Positions 48,896 through 58,829 of a DNA stretch of 64,000 nucleotides are shown here, in pieces. The notes beneath the pieces are model-generated. The model saw only the letters and a list, made by a program, of their open reading frames with translations, was not told the DNA's origin and made no database searches. The stretch is from Candidatus Melainabacteria bacterium 17Bon1m. GTDB taxonomy: Bacteria; Cyanobacteriota; Vampirovibrionia; Obscuribacterales; Obscuribacteraceae. The DNA is taken from the NCBI GenBank assembly GCA_032128875.1, contig JAVLKG010000011.1, forward strand, positions 64,001 through 128,000, in the 5' to 3' direction. Each line of letters starts with the position of its first letter. Position 1 is the first letter of the stretch. The translations under genes were made by a program, and so were the position numbers.

Positions 48896-50197
48896 ATGGT
48901 AATGACCGATACGACCAACAAAAATCTTTCCTACCTCGCAATGGATGACGAATTCGTCAATCCAGTATTAGCGCGTTCTGCACGCATTGTCGCTCAAAAA
49001 GCAAAAGGCTCATACATCTATGACCGCAACGGAGATGCCTACCTCGATCTCACTACCGGTATCGCTGTAAACAACGTCGGACACTGCCATCCTAAAGTAG
49101 TAGAAGCTGTTAAAAAGCAATGCGAAGAGCTCATTCACACTTCTGTTGTTGTGCACCACGAGCGCTATATCGAGCTCGCCAAGAAAGTTGTCGAGATCAC
49201 TCCTAAGACTCTCAACTCTGCATTCTTTGCAAACTCCGGTGCTGAAGCCGTTGAAGGCGCAGTCAAACTGGCCCGCTACGTGACCGGACGTCCTGCCATC
49301 ATCAATTTCCGCGGTTCTTTCCACGGACGTACATTCATGACGATGGCGCTGACCACATCGAAGCTCTACTACCGTGAAAACTATGAGCCGCTTCCGGGCG
49401 CTATTCACACGGCTCTATTCCCGTACGAATATCGCTCGCACTACAAAGGCGACACCAAGAAAGTTATCCAAGAGTCTCTCGAATACATCGACATGCTCTT
49501 CCATCAATTCATCAACCCTGCGCAAGTCGCAGCGTTCATCATCGAACCGATTCTCGGAGAAGGCGGCTATGTGCCGGCTCCGGAAGGCTTCATCAAAGAA
49601 TTGCGCAAGTTGGCTGACGAGCATGGCATCATGCTCATCATCGATGAAGTGCAAACAGGTTTTGCCCGCACCGGCAAAATGTTCTGCATCGAGTACGAAG
49701 GCGTCGAGCCGGACATCCTTGTTATGGCAAAAGGAATCGCAGGCGGCATGCCGCTTTCCGGTTTCGTATCCAGAAGAGACATCACCAACAAGTGGCCAGC
49801 AGGCCGCCACGGAACCACCTTCGGTGGCAACCCTGTTTCGTGCGCCGCAGCGCTGGCAACTATCGAAGTAATCCAGGAAGAAAAGCTTGTTGATCGCTCG
49901 GCCAAATTGGGTGCCGACATCATGAAGCGTATGAAGAAGTTCCAAGAGAGCAACAAGCACCTCGGCGATGTCCGCGGTAAAGGCTTGATGATCGGTCTGG
50001 AATTCAATGATGAGAAAGGCAACCCCAGCAAGGAAATTGCCGATCAAGTCGCTGCAAAATGCCTCGAGCAAAAAATGATCGTGTTGACCTGCGGACAGCA
50101 AGGTCAGGTTATTCGCTTGATTCCGCCGCTCAACATCTCTGATGCGGATGCGGAAAAAGCATGCGACATCCTCGAAAAGGCGATGACGCTCAAGTAA
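48896..50197 (+). CDS. Class III PLP aminotransferase (4-aminobutyrate/5-aminovalerate type)
   Basis: NSGAEAVEGA, FHGRT, EPILGEGG, DEVQTGFARTG, AKGIAGG, TTFGGNP. Confidence 0.92.
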   Translation: MVMTDTTNKNLSYLAMDDEFVNPVLARSARIVAQKAKGSYIYDRNGDAYLDLTTGIAVNNVGHCHPKVVEAVKKQCEELIHTSVVVHHERYIELAKKVVEITPKTLNSAFFANSGAEAVEGAVKLARYVTGRPAIINFRGSFHGRTFMTMALTTSKLYYRENYEPLPGAIHTALFPYEYRSHYKGDTKKVIQESLEYIDMLFHQFINPAQVAAFIIEPILGEGGYVPAPEGFIKELRKLADEHGIMLIIDEVQTGFARTGKMFCIEYEGVEPDILVMAKGIAGGMPLSGFVSRRDITNKWPAGRHGTTFGGNPVSCAAALATIEVIQEEKLVDRSAKLGADIMKRMKKFQESNKHLGDVRGKGLMIGLEFNDEKGNPSKEIADQVAAKCLEQKMIVLTCGQQGQVIRLIPPLNISDADAEKACDILEKAMTLK

Positions 50198-50246
50198 ACA
50201 AAGTATCTGGTATGCCCGTTAATCGACAACACTCCAGGAGAAAGTC

Positions 50247-51797
50247 ATGACCTCATCTACAAAGAGCCCAGAGAGCGCGCCTTCGAAGGCTGGCTCTCCG
50301 CGCACCTATCACAACTACATCGATGGTAAGTGGGTAAAGGCAGAAACAGGCGAAACCTTCGCTAGCTACAACCCGGCTAACTTGACCGAAGTAATCGGTC
50401 ACTTCGCATCATCGACTCCTAATGACGTGAAAGCTGCTGTTGATGCTGCTCAAAAAGCACTCTACGGCTGGCGTCATACTCCAGCTCCTGCACGTGCCGA
50501 CATTATTTTGAAAGCCGCATACTTGCTGGAAAGCCGCAAAGAAGAAATCGCAACCACAATGGTTCGCGAAATGGGCAAAGTGCTCAAAGAAGCTCGTGGC
50601 GACGTTCAAGAAGCGATCGACATGGCTAAGTACATGGCTGGCGAAGGACGCCGCTTGATGGGTCAAACGGTTCCATCCGAAATGCCCAACAAGTTCGCAA
50701 TGGCAATCAGACAGCCGATCGGCGTTGTCGGTTTGATCACTCCATGGAATTTCCCAGTCGCAATTCCTTCGTGGAAGATGTTCCCCGCACTCGTTGCCGG
50801 CAACACCGTTGTTTTCAAACCCGCAACCGATACGCCACTTTGCGCATTAATGTTGGTTGAAGTTCTCATCGAAGCAGGACTCCCGCCGGGCGTTCTCAAT
50901 TTTGTCACCGGCATGGGCGCTAAAGTTGGTATGGCTCTCGTCGACGATCCTCGTGTCAAAGCTATCTCTCTAACCGGCTCGACCGAAGTTGGTCGTCGCG
51001 TCGCAGGACGTTGCGGCGAATTGATGAAGAAAGTCAGCTGCGAATTGGGCGGCAAAAACGCAATCTGCGTTATGCCGGATGCCGATATCGAGTTGGCTGT
51101 AGAAGGCGCTGTCTGGGGAGCTTTCGGCACTGCCGGACAACGTTGTACAGCAGCCAGTCGCTTAATCGTTCACAGTGATGTCTACAAGAAATTCACTGAT
51201 GCATTTGTTGCTCGCACCAAAGAACTCAAGCTCGGTTTTGGTCTCGATCAAGACGTCACCGTTGGACCTGTCGTAAACAAGAGCCAATTGGAAAGCATCA
51301 ACGAATACGTTCAAATCGGCAAGAAAGAAGGCGCCAAGCTGCTTTGCGGTGGCAACATCGTGACTGAAGGCGAACTCAAGAATGGTTGCTTCCACGAGCC
51401 CACCGTATTTGGTGATGTAAAACCAACCATGCGTATTGCTCAAGAAGAAATCTTCGGACCTGTGACTGCAATCATCAAAGTCGACAGCTTCGAAGAAGCA
51501 ATCGAAGTAGCCAACGGCACTGAATTCGGTCTCTCGCTCTCGATGTACACACGTGACGTTCACCAAGCCTTCAAAGCAATTGAAGAATTGGAGTCCGGCA
51601 TTGTCTACATCAACGCTCCTACCATCGGCGCTGAAATTCAGTTGCCATTCGGTGGCGTCAAGCAAACCGGTAACGGTCACCGCGAAGCAGGCACCACTGC
51701 TATCGAACAATTCACCGAGTGGAAAGCTATCTACATCGACTACTCCGGTCAATTGCAAAAAGCACAGATCGACAATCATCCGACCAAGAAGAAGTAG
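50247..51797 (+). CDS. Aldehyde (semialdehyde) dehydrogenase
   Basis: ITPWNFP, TGSTEVG, ELGGKN, GQRCTA, EEIFGP, PFGG. Confidence 0.95.
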   Translation: MTSSTKSPESAPSKAGSPRTYHNYIDGKWVKAETGETFASYNPANLTEVIGHFASSTPNDVKAAVDAAQKALYGWRHTPAPARADIILKAAYLLESRKEEIATTMVREMGKVLKEARGDVQEAIDMAKYMAGEGRRLMGQTVPSEMPNKFAMAIRQPIGVVGLITPWNFPVAIPSWKMFPALVAGNTVVFKPATDTPLCALMLVEVLIEAGLPPGVLNFVTGMGAKVGMALVDDPRVKAISLTGSTEVGRRVAGRCGELMKKVSCELGGKNAICVMPDADIELAVEGAVWGAFGTAGQRCTAASRLIVHSDVYKKFTDAFVARTKELKLGFGLDQDVTVGPVVNKSQLESINEYVQIGKKEGAKLLCGGNIVTEGELKNGCFHEPTVFGDVKPTMRIAQEEIFGPVTAIIKVDSFEEAIEVANGTEFGLSLSMYTRDVHQAFKAIEELESGIVYINAPTIGAEIQLPFGGVKQTGNGHREAGTTAIEQFTEWKAIYIDYSGQLQKAQIDNHPTKKK

Positions 51798-51806
51798 TTA
51801 GAAGTG

Positions 51807-51840
51807 AAACTCTCGCCCGGGATGTCTCGGGCGAGAGTTT
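51807..51840 (+). terminator. Strong intergenic hairpin (terminator or mRNA stabiliser)
   Basis: AAACTCTCGCCCGGGA / TCTCGGGCGAGAGTTT. Confidence 0.65.
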
Positions 51841-51927
51841 CTAAAACTAGATTTGAAACAGAATCTGCCCAGCCCAAGCGGCTTTTACTTACAAAGCAAA
51901 ACTAAATAGAAACGCGGAGAATAGGAT

Positions 51928-53127
51928 ATGGATTTCGACTTTACACCAGAGCAAATCGCTTATCGCAAGCACATGCGCGAATTCATGGAGCGCGAAGTTG
52001 CACCGGTTGCTCAGATGAACGATCGCGAATGCAAATTCGACATGAATGTCGCCAAGAAAATCTTCAAGGAAGGTTTTCTCGGTTGCCCAGTGCCGGAAAA
52101 GTACGGCGGTCTTGGAATGGACTACATCGCATACGGCTTGATGACTGAAGAAGTTAACCGCGTATGCTCATCGACCAGAACTCTCTTCTCCGTGCAAACT
52201 TCACTGGTTGCTTTGACAATCTTGAAGTGGGGCAACGAAGAGCAGAAAAAAGAATTGCTGCCCAAACTCTGCAACGGCGAATACATTGGTTGCTACGGTT
52301 TGACTGAGCCAGAAGCAGGCTCTGATGCCGGTAACCAACAAACCCGCGCAGTCAAAGATGGCAACGACTACATCTTGACCGGACAAAAGGTTTGGATCTC
52401 TTGCGGAACTATCGCATCACATGCGCTCATTTTTGCAACTGTTGATCCAAAGCTCGGTCACAAAGGCATCAGCTGCTTCATCGTTGACACCAAGTCGAAA
52501 GGCTTCTCGGCTGCAGCGATCAAAGGCAAACTCGGCCTGCGTTCTTCCGATACTGCTACCCTCTACCTCGATCAAGTTCGCGTACCGAAAGAAAACATGC
52601 TCGGTGCTGAAGGCGACGGCTTCAAAGTTGCAATGTCAGCACTCGATAACGGTCGCTTCTCGGTAGCCGCTGGTGCTGTCGGTCTTGTCCAAGGCTGCAT
52701 AGACGAGTCTACCAAGTACGCAATGCAAAGAAAGACTTTCGGCAAACCGATTGGCGAACACCAACAAGTTCAAGCCATGATTGCTGACATGGTTGCTGAT
52801 TGCGAAGCAGGCCGCTTGCTCTATTTGAGAGCTGCTCACCTGAAGAACAAGAACGTCCGCAACACGCTCGAAACCTCCCTCGCCAAGCTCTTCTGCGGCG
52901 AAGCAGCTAACAAAGCAGCTCACAACGCAGTACAGATCTTTGGTGGCTACGGCTTCTCCGATGAGTATCCGGTTGAGCGTTTCTTCCGTGACGCCAAAGT
53001 GCTCAACATCTACGAAGGCACCCGCGAAATCCAGCGCTTGATCATTGCTCAAGACGCACTCGGCATTCGCAACGCCAACGGAGCTCCAACCGGTCGCATG
53101 ACCGAATTGGCCGGCGTAGGCGTGTAA
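51928..53127 (+). CDS. Acyl-CoA dehydrogenase (possibly glutaryl-CoA)
   Basis: GLTEPEAGSD, GQKVWIS, KLGLR, RKTFGKPI, QIFGGYG, IYEGT. Confidence 0.93.
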   Translation: MDFDFTPEQIAYRKHMREFMEREVAPVAQMNDRECKFDMNVAKKIFKEGFLGCPVPEKYGGLGMDYIAYGLMTEEVNRVCSSTRTLFSVQTSLVALTILKWGNEEQKKELLPKLCNGEYIGCYGLTEPEAGSDAGNQQTRAVKDGNDYILTGQKVWISCGTIASHALIFATVDPKLGHKGISCFIVDTKSKGFSAAAIKGKLGLRSSDTATLYLDQVRVPKENMLGAEGDGFKVAMSALDNGRFSVAAGAVGLVQGCIDESTKYAMQRKTFGKPIGEHQQVQAMIADMVADCEAGRLLYLRAAHLKNKNVRNTLETSLAKLFCGEAANKAAHNAVQIFGGYGFSDEYPVERFFRDAKVLNIYEGTREIQRLIIAQDALGIRNANGAPTGRMTELAGVGV

Positions 53128-53174
53128 GAAAACCTATTGGCGTTGCGTTGCATCGTCAGTAAGCCAAAGAATTG

Positions 53175-53204
53175 GAGGGGTATGCAATAGCATGCCCCTC
53201 TTTT
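53175..53204 (+). terminator. Intrinsic terminator
   Basis: GAGGGGTATGC-AATA-GCATGCCCCTC-TTTT. Confidence 0.8.
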
Positions 53205-54060
53205 GCTAAACCCAGATCTAAAGCGTTGTTTTGGCTCTTTTGACTATCTAAAATATAAGAAACTGTTAAGCCCCGAGAAGGGCAAGACATCGTGTAGAAG
53301 TTCACGGGCTCAGTTTACAAAGCCCCGTTCTTAACCGGTCCTTAAACGGAGCGGGATTAGGATGGAACCATTGCACTGTATGGAAGCCATACGGTCGAGT
53401 GTCAAAAGTAATAGCAAGCCAATAAAACGGTAGGTTATGGGATATCTTGAAGGTTTAGTCGTTTGTGTAGTTGCAGCCGTTGCCGCCATGTGGGTCAACG
53501 ATACGCTCCCGGTTGGGGGCGAGTACATCCAAGACGAGACCCTGTAGTCAAAAGTCAAAACAATTTTGGGGACTACGTATTTTCCCCACTAGACATGTTC
53601 GGTTTCAGTCGTATGATTGACCCTTGTCAAGGGATGCCCCCACGCACCTGAGACTTTCCACTTGCGCAACCCAAGCTCTACAAGCCCCCAAAAGGGGCAG
53701 GTTCGAGCTGCAAGTTTTCGCTTCACCCTTTCTAAAACCAAACGTCTGAGCCGGCATGCGCCGTCTAATTCGTTTACATAAAAATCGCGACGACTATGGA
53801 GTCGTATGCGGAGGGTGATGTGTTGCTGAATTACTTACTAGCAGAGTTTGAAAAACGCCCGAGTCATTCTGTTGACTCGATGTATTTGACGCACTGCAAG
53901 CGTTCGATACATCAATTGCAGCTATTTTTGAAATGGGCGCAATCGCACGCTGCCAGAGGGATACCGCGATTGTCATAATTTTGTCACCAGGGCCTGAGTA
54001 GTATCTCGGGACCCCCCGGTACACACCGTTCCTAAACTTACTAGAGGCAATGAAGTTCAT

Positions 54061-57000
54061 ATGCCAGCAGATTCTATTGGCGAAATTACCAATGTTCAAA
54101 ACCCGGTCGTAAAAGATGCGAGTGAAAAAGCCCTCGCTGATGCCGGAAAAAACGGCGCGCTAAACGCACAAGCATACGTTGAGAAGAACTCCCAACAACT
54201 GCGCCAAGCGGGCGTTTTGCCCGAACTGGCAATCGACGGCGCCAGCGAAATCTCCTATGTGCAGAAGAACTTCGACAAGGTCGACCAATCGAGAGACGGT
54301 CATGTCAGCGCTGATGAGATCGACCAATACGTCAGAGAAAACGGCGCCAATCTGAAGCCGGACGAGCTTGAATCACTGAGAAAAGTCAAAGAGAAGATCA
54401 GTAAATTAGAGGACCTCAGCAATGACGAGCTCGGTTTTGAAAACGATGGTGTAACCAAGAAAGATCTTGATGAAGCACAAAAGCGCTTCAAAGCTTTGGA
54501 CTTTGCAGAAAAGAATTTCGACAAGCTAGACGTGGACGCAGATGGCTACATCGGCTCAAGCGATATTGATGGATACATCCGAGCGCAAGGCGCCAAGCTA
54601 GATCCCAAGGAAGCCGAACAACTAGATTACCTTAAGAAGAACATCGATGACCTGGAAGAATACAGCAACGATGAGTTAGGTGATGAAAACGATGGTATCA
54701 CCAGACACGATCTTATCGCTGCGAAGCAGGAAGACGGCACGGATCAAATGAAGGCCGGTCGGCCGGTGTGCAGCACTGAGGCGACCGTTGCAACTGAAGA
54801 TTTGCGACCGGCTCTAGCTTATGCTCAGAAGAATTTCGACAAGCTTGACGGCGATAAAGACGGTTATATTACCGTGGGCGAAATCGATAAGTACATGGAG
54901 GCAAACAAAGCCTCAGTCTCAGCTGAAGACCTAGCTAATTTAAGAGCTTTGAAGGCGAAAGTTGGCGATGTCGAAGAGCTTAGTAATGATGAAGTTGGTG
55001 ATGAGAATGATGGCATTACCAAGAAAGACATTGTTATGTCCAAAGAGCGCATTGATGCTCTGGCTTATGGCAAGGGAAATTTCGACAAGCTGGACGGCAA
55101 TGGCGACGGTCATGTAACAGCTGAAGACATTGATGCCTACATCAAAGCCCGCGGTGACGTTTCACCAGAAGAGAAAAAGAATCTCGAGTATCTAAAAAAG
55201 GAAATTGACGATCTGCAGGGATATCACAATGATGAGTGGGGCTTTGAAAACGATGGCTTCACTAAAGGGGATCTTGCGGACGCACTGAGCGAACTTGGTT
55301 CTGGCTCCGCGCGCGGCGATCTTCAAAAGCCTTGTCCAGCAGGGGAAAACCAGGCTCAACCGGGCGATAAGCCTGCAAATTCTGGTGATAAACCTGCAAA
55401 TGGTGACAAACCTGTTCAACCAAGTGAGAAGCCTGCCGAAACTATCTATGAAGTGAAGAAGGGCGACACGCTCTGGAAGATTTCCAAAGAGCAATTGCGC
55501 GAAGCCAGTGGCGGCAAAGAGCCAACGAACAGCGAGATTGCGAAGAAGGTCGGTGAGCTTGCTAAAAATAACGGCATTACCAATCCGGACAGAATTTATC
55601 CCGGACAAAAGATCAAACTGCCGGGCAAACCGGAAGTGCAGGCTCAAAATCCAGATAACGGAAAGCCGGAAGGCAAGCCTGAAAACAAGCAAGAAGGTAA
55701 GCCGGAAACCCAGCCGGAATCGCAAGCTGCGACGCCTGAAGACAAAGGCGCAGACTCTGGTTTGGATTATGTGCGCAAACGCTTTGCCTTCATAGATCAA
55801 GATGGCGACAATCACGTTACTAAGACCGAAATCGAAAAGTACATCAAAGACAACGAGAAGTCGCTAACTTCCGGAGAAGTAACTGCGCTCAAAAGAGTAG
55901 CCAGTAAAGAAGACGATCTCGAAGAGATGTACAACGATGAGCTCGCAGACGAGAATGACGGCATAACGCGTCAGGACATCAATGTCGCTGAAGAGCGCAT
56001 GAAAGCGATTGAGTTTGGTCAGAAAAATTTCGACAAACTCGACAGTAATGGAGATGGCTACGTAAATGCTGATGAGGTCGAAGGTTATGTCCGCGCCAAC
56101 AGCGACAGACTGAATGCTCAGGATCGAGCCAATCTAGACTATCTCAAAAAGGAAGTCGGCGATCTCGAAGATTACAGCAACGATGAGTTGGGCTTTGAAA
56201 ATGACGGCTTCACTAAAGCTGATTTGAAGGGTGCTCTTGCTGAAGTTGGCTCCAACACAGTCGGCACCGAAGGGCAGATGGAAAAACTTCCCACCCTTCC
56301 AAAAGTTCAACCTGCTTATGACAGCCAAACTGAAAAGGTAAAGACCGAAGACTTCACAAAAGAGAGCCTGCGTCTCTTCGATAAACTTGACAAAGACAGC
56401 GACGGATATCTGAGTGAAAGTGAGCTGGCGACAGCAGTTCAGAGTGAAGAGTATAAGGGGCGAGACGCCCAGGTAGTAGCTGCGCTCTATAAAGCTCAAG
56501 ACGATATAGAAGAACTGAGTAATGATGAGTTAGGCGATGAAAACGACGGAATTACAAAAGCGGACCTGACAAAACTAGAGGAGGTTAGGCAAAACAACCA
56601 GAAGGAACTTGAGCAAACGGCAAGGGCCAGAGCGTTTTTAGACAAGGATGATAATTTCAAAAAAATCGATTCTGACGGCGACACCTTCCTTACTAAGTCC
56701 GAAATTTCTAAAGCACTCGAAAGACAAGACCTCACTCCCGAGGAGCGCGTCAGCCTGGAGTTCTTAAGAGACCACGTCAGCGATATCGAAGAATCTCACA
56801 ACGATGAGACCGGCGACGAGAACGACGGTATCACGAGAAAAGACCTCGATTACTACGGCGACGACACCATGGCCTCTATTTCCAATACGCTTTGGAGAAC
56901 CAATGAAGCTCAAAGATCCGGAACGCGATTGCTCTACGGAGATCTTTTGAACCCGCTGGAAAGTATCAAGCCTGATGCGATTAAGCAAGGCATGATTGGC

Positions 57001-57663
57001 GACTGCTATTTTGAATCAGCTGTTGCTTCCTTGGCTGCAACCGATCCGGAATCCATTAAGAAAATGATCAAGGATAACGGAGATGGAACCTACACCGTCA
57101 CTTTCCCTGGCGCGACGGACGAGCCTATTACCGTTAAAGCTCCGACCGAGGCCGAAATGGGTCTATACAATCAAGGAGGCAAAGACGGCTCATGGGCTTG
57201 CGTTCTTGAAAAAGCCTATGGCGCGTATTGCCAAAATCATTTTTTCAGCCGCTCACCATTCAATATGGGCGGAGGGAATACTGAGGCCGAAGGTAGCGAC
57301 GGCGGCGAGTTTTTCCATGGCAGAGCGATGTCTCTTTTGACCGGCCGCGGTCGCGACAACGATAATCTCACATTCTCATCGGAAGCTGAAATCGCCAAAA
57401 AGTTGGACGCAGCACTTAACCATTCACCAAAGCGTCCTGTCCTGGCCGGTATCAACAACAGCTTTTTCTCCGATGAGACTGGAGACGGTTTTCCTGATGC
57501 TCACGTATACAGTGTGATTGGATTCGATCCCAGCGGACCGGATGGAGGCACTGTCACCATTCGCAACCCGTGGGGAGACGGCGACAACACTACCAGAGGA
57601 ACCATCAAAATCAGCGTCAAGAAATTCAGAGCTAATTTCAGCGAGGCTGTTTATTCGGAATAA
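54061..57663 (+). CDS. EF-hand repeat + LysM + calpain-like (peptidase C2) protein
   Basis: Eight DxDxDG-type loops; LysM YEVKKGDTLWKIS...NPDRIYPGQKIKLP; QGMIGDCYF, LEKAY, HVYSV, IRNPWG. Confidence 0.92.
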   Translation: MPADSIGEITNVQNPVVKDASEKALADAGKNGALNAQAYVEKNSQQLRQAGVLPELAIDGASEISYVQKNFDKVDQSRDGHVSADEIDQYVRENGANLKPDELESLRKVKEKISKLEDLSNDELGFENDGVTKKDLDEAQKRFKALDFAEKNFDKLDVDADGYIGSSDIDGYIRAQGAKLDPKEAEQLDYLKKNIDDLEEYSNDELGDENDGITRHDLIAAKQEDGTDQMKAGRPVCSTEATVATEDLRPALAYAQKNFDKLDGDKDGYITVGEIDKYMEANKASVSAEDLANLRALKAKVGDVEELSNDEVGDENDGITKKDIVMSKERIDALAYGKGNFDKLDGNGDGHVTAEDIDAYIKARGDVSPEEKKNLEYLKKEIDDLQGYHNDEWGFENDGFTKGDLADALSELGSGSARGDLQKPCPAGENQAQPGDKPANSGDKPANGDKPVQPSEKPAETIYEVKKGDTLWKISKEQLREASGGKEPTNSEIAKKVGELAKNNGITNPDRIYPGQKIKLPGKPEVQAQNPDNGKPEGKPENKQEGKPETQPESQAATPEDKGADSGLDYVRKRFAFIDQDGDNHVTKTEIEKYIKDNEKSLTSGEVTALKRVASKEDDLEEMYNDELADENDGITRQDINVAEERMKAIEFGQKNFDKLDSNGDGYVNADEVEGYVRANSDRLNAQDRANLDYLKKEVGDLEDYSNDELGFENDGFTKADLKGALAEVGSNTVGTEGQMEKLPTLPKVQPAYDSQTEKVKTEDFTKESLRLFDKLDKDSDGYLSESELATAVQSEEYKGRDAQVVAALYKAQDDIEELSNDELGDENDGITKADLTKLEEVRQNNQKELEQTARARAFLDKDDNFKKIDSDGDTFLTKSEISKALERQDLTPEERVSLEFLRDHVSDIEESHNDETGDENDGITRKDLDYYGDDTMASISNTLWRTNEAQRSGTRLLYGDLLNPLESIKPDAIKQGMIGDCYFESAVASLAATDPESIKKMIKDNGDGTYTVTFPGATDEPITVKAPTEAEMGLYNQGGKDGSWACVLEKAYGAYCQNHFFSRSPFNMGGGNTEAEGSDGGEFFHGRAMSLLTGRGRDNDNLTFSSEAEIAKKLDAALNHSPKRPVLAGINNSFFSDETGDGFPDAHVYSVIGFDPSGPDGGTVTIRNPWGDGDNTTRGTIKISVKKFRANFSEAVYSE

Positions 57664-57719
57664 AAAAAATTTGTAACCCAGTTTTTAGATGACGCCGATT
57701 ATTCTCAGACTACGGAGCA

Positions 57720-58550
57720 ATGCAACAAATGTCCGACAACGCAGATACAAAAATCGCCAAGCAAGTTGCCAAAACACAAGATGCGCCGCCAGATGTCGAC
57801 GCTTCGGCCGTCTTGAGCGAGCACATGTACAAATTTGTCTACGGACCGAGCCCGCATATGGCAGAAGCCGTAAATCAGTTGAACACTCAGTCCGCCGGCA
57901 TGGCAAGAAATGCGGCGACTCTTTCTACTATTGATAGAGAAAGCAGCAGCGTCAAAGACTGCATGCAAAATAACGCCTTGAGGGGCGCGGAATTGGGACA
58001 GAGAAAGGTTGTAGAACTGGCTAGTCAGCTTGATCTTGGTGCTATCTCTGCAGCTATCGCAGGCAACATTGCTAAAGGGGGAAGTGATTCTCTGGTCAAC
58101 GTTCTTAAATTCGCCGGAGCTACTCCACTGGTTGAGCGGGTCCGTTTGGGCGCAATTCAAATGCGCCAGAGCCAAGAAACAGACGCAGAGAAAACGTTTG
58201 AAGGCGCCTTTAAAGCTGACATCGCAAGAGAATCAAGGGAGCTGCCGGAGGTTGTCCAACTCAAAAGGGCGGCACAAAAGATGTTTGAAGAACTCAAACT
58301 GAGGCGCACATTGCCCGAGGTTTTTGACGACAACCTTACCCTCATCGACACGATGGTGAAGGATGGAGCTCTGACAAAAGAAGAGTTGGCGCTTTCCAAA
58401 AAATCTGCCGTAAAAGATGGAATGACTCAAACCTTAATCGAGTATCTATTGAAGAATTTCGATCAAGTAAAAAACGGCGACAACTCCATTAGCCGGCAGG
58501 ACGTTGTTGCTTATCAGAGAAAGGTTCAACTGAAAGGATTGCCTCACTAG
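57720..58550 (+). CDS. Hypothetical protein with C-terminal degenerate EF-hand-like pair
   Basis: IDTMVKDGALTKEEL and NFDQVKNGDNSISRQDV resemble the repeat unit of the neighbouring genes. Confidence 0.7.
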   Translation: MQQMSDNADTKIAKQVAKTQDAPPDVDASAVLSEHMYKFVYGPSPHMAEAVNQLNTQSAGMARNAATLSTIDRESSSVKDCMQNNALRGAELGQRKVVELASQLDLGAISAAIAGNIAKGGSDSLVNVLKFAGATPLVERVRLGAIQMRQSQETDAEKTFEGAFKADIARESRELPEVVQLKRAAQKMFEELKLRRTLPEVFDDNLTLIDTMVKDGALTKEELALSKKSAVKDGMTQTLIEYLLKNFDQVKNGDNSISRQDVVAYQRKVQLKGLPH

Positions 58551-58829
58551 AGAGCCCTTTCTGGCGACTCCGTTTGTATATGTACAGGTAGTTAGGGTAG
58601 AACTCGAAAACTTTCAAAATTGGGTCGTCTTTGGCTGCCCTCTAAACCCAAGAGCCCCGGTGTGGTTGGCTTTTGGGTTTTCAAGATTTTTTAAAACTTG
58701 CGCCCGTATTCTAAGAGCGTTCCTCCCCCCAAGCACACAACCAGCAAGCAAGCATTGAAGGACCGTTCAGGACTCAATGTGCGCCGAAAGTCGTCCTTCC
58801 CCGCTACTAACAAAATTGAGGCAAACAAA

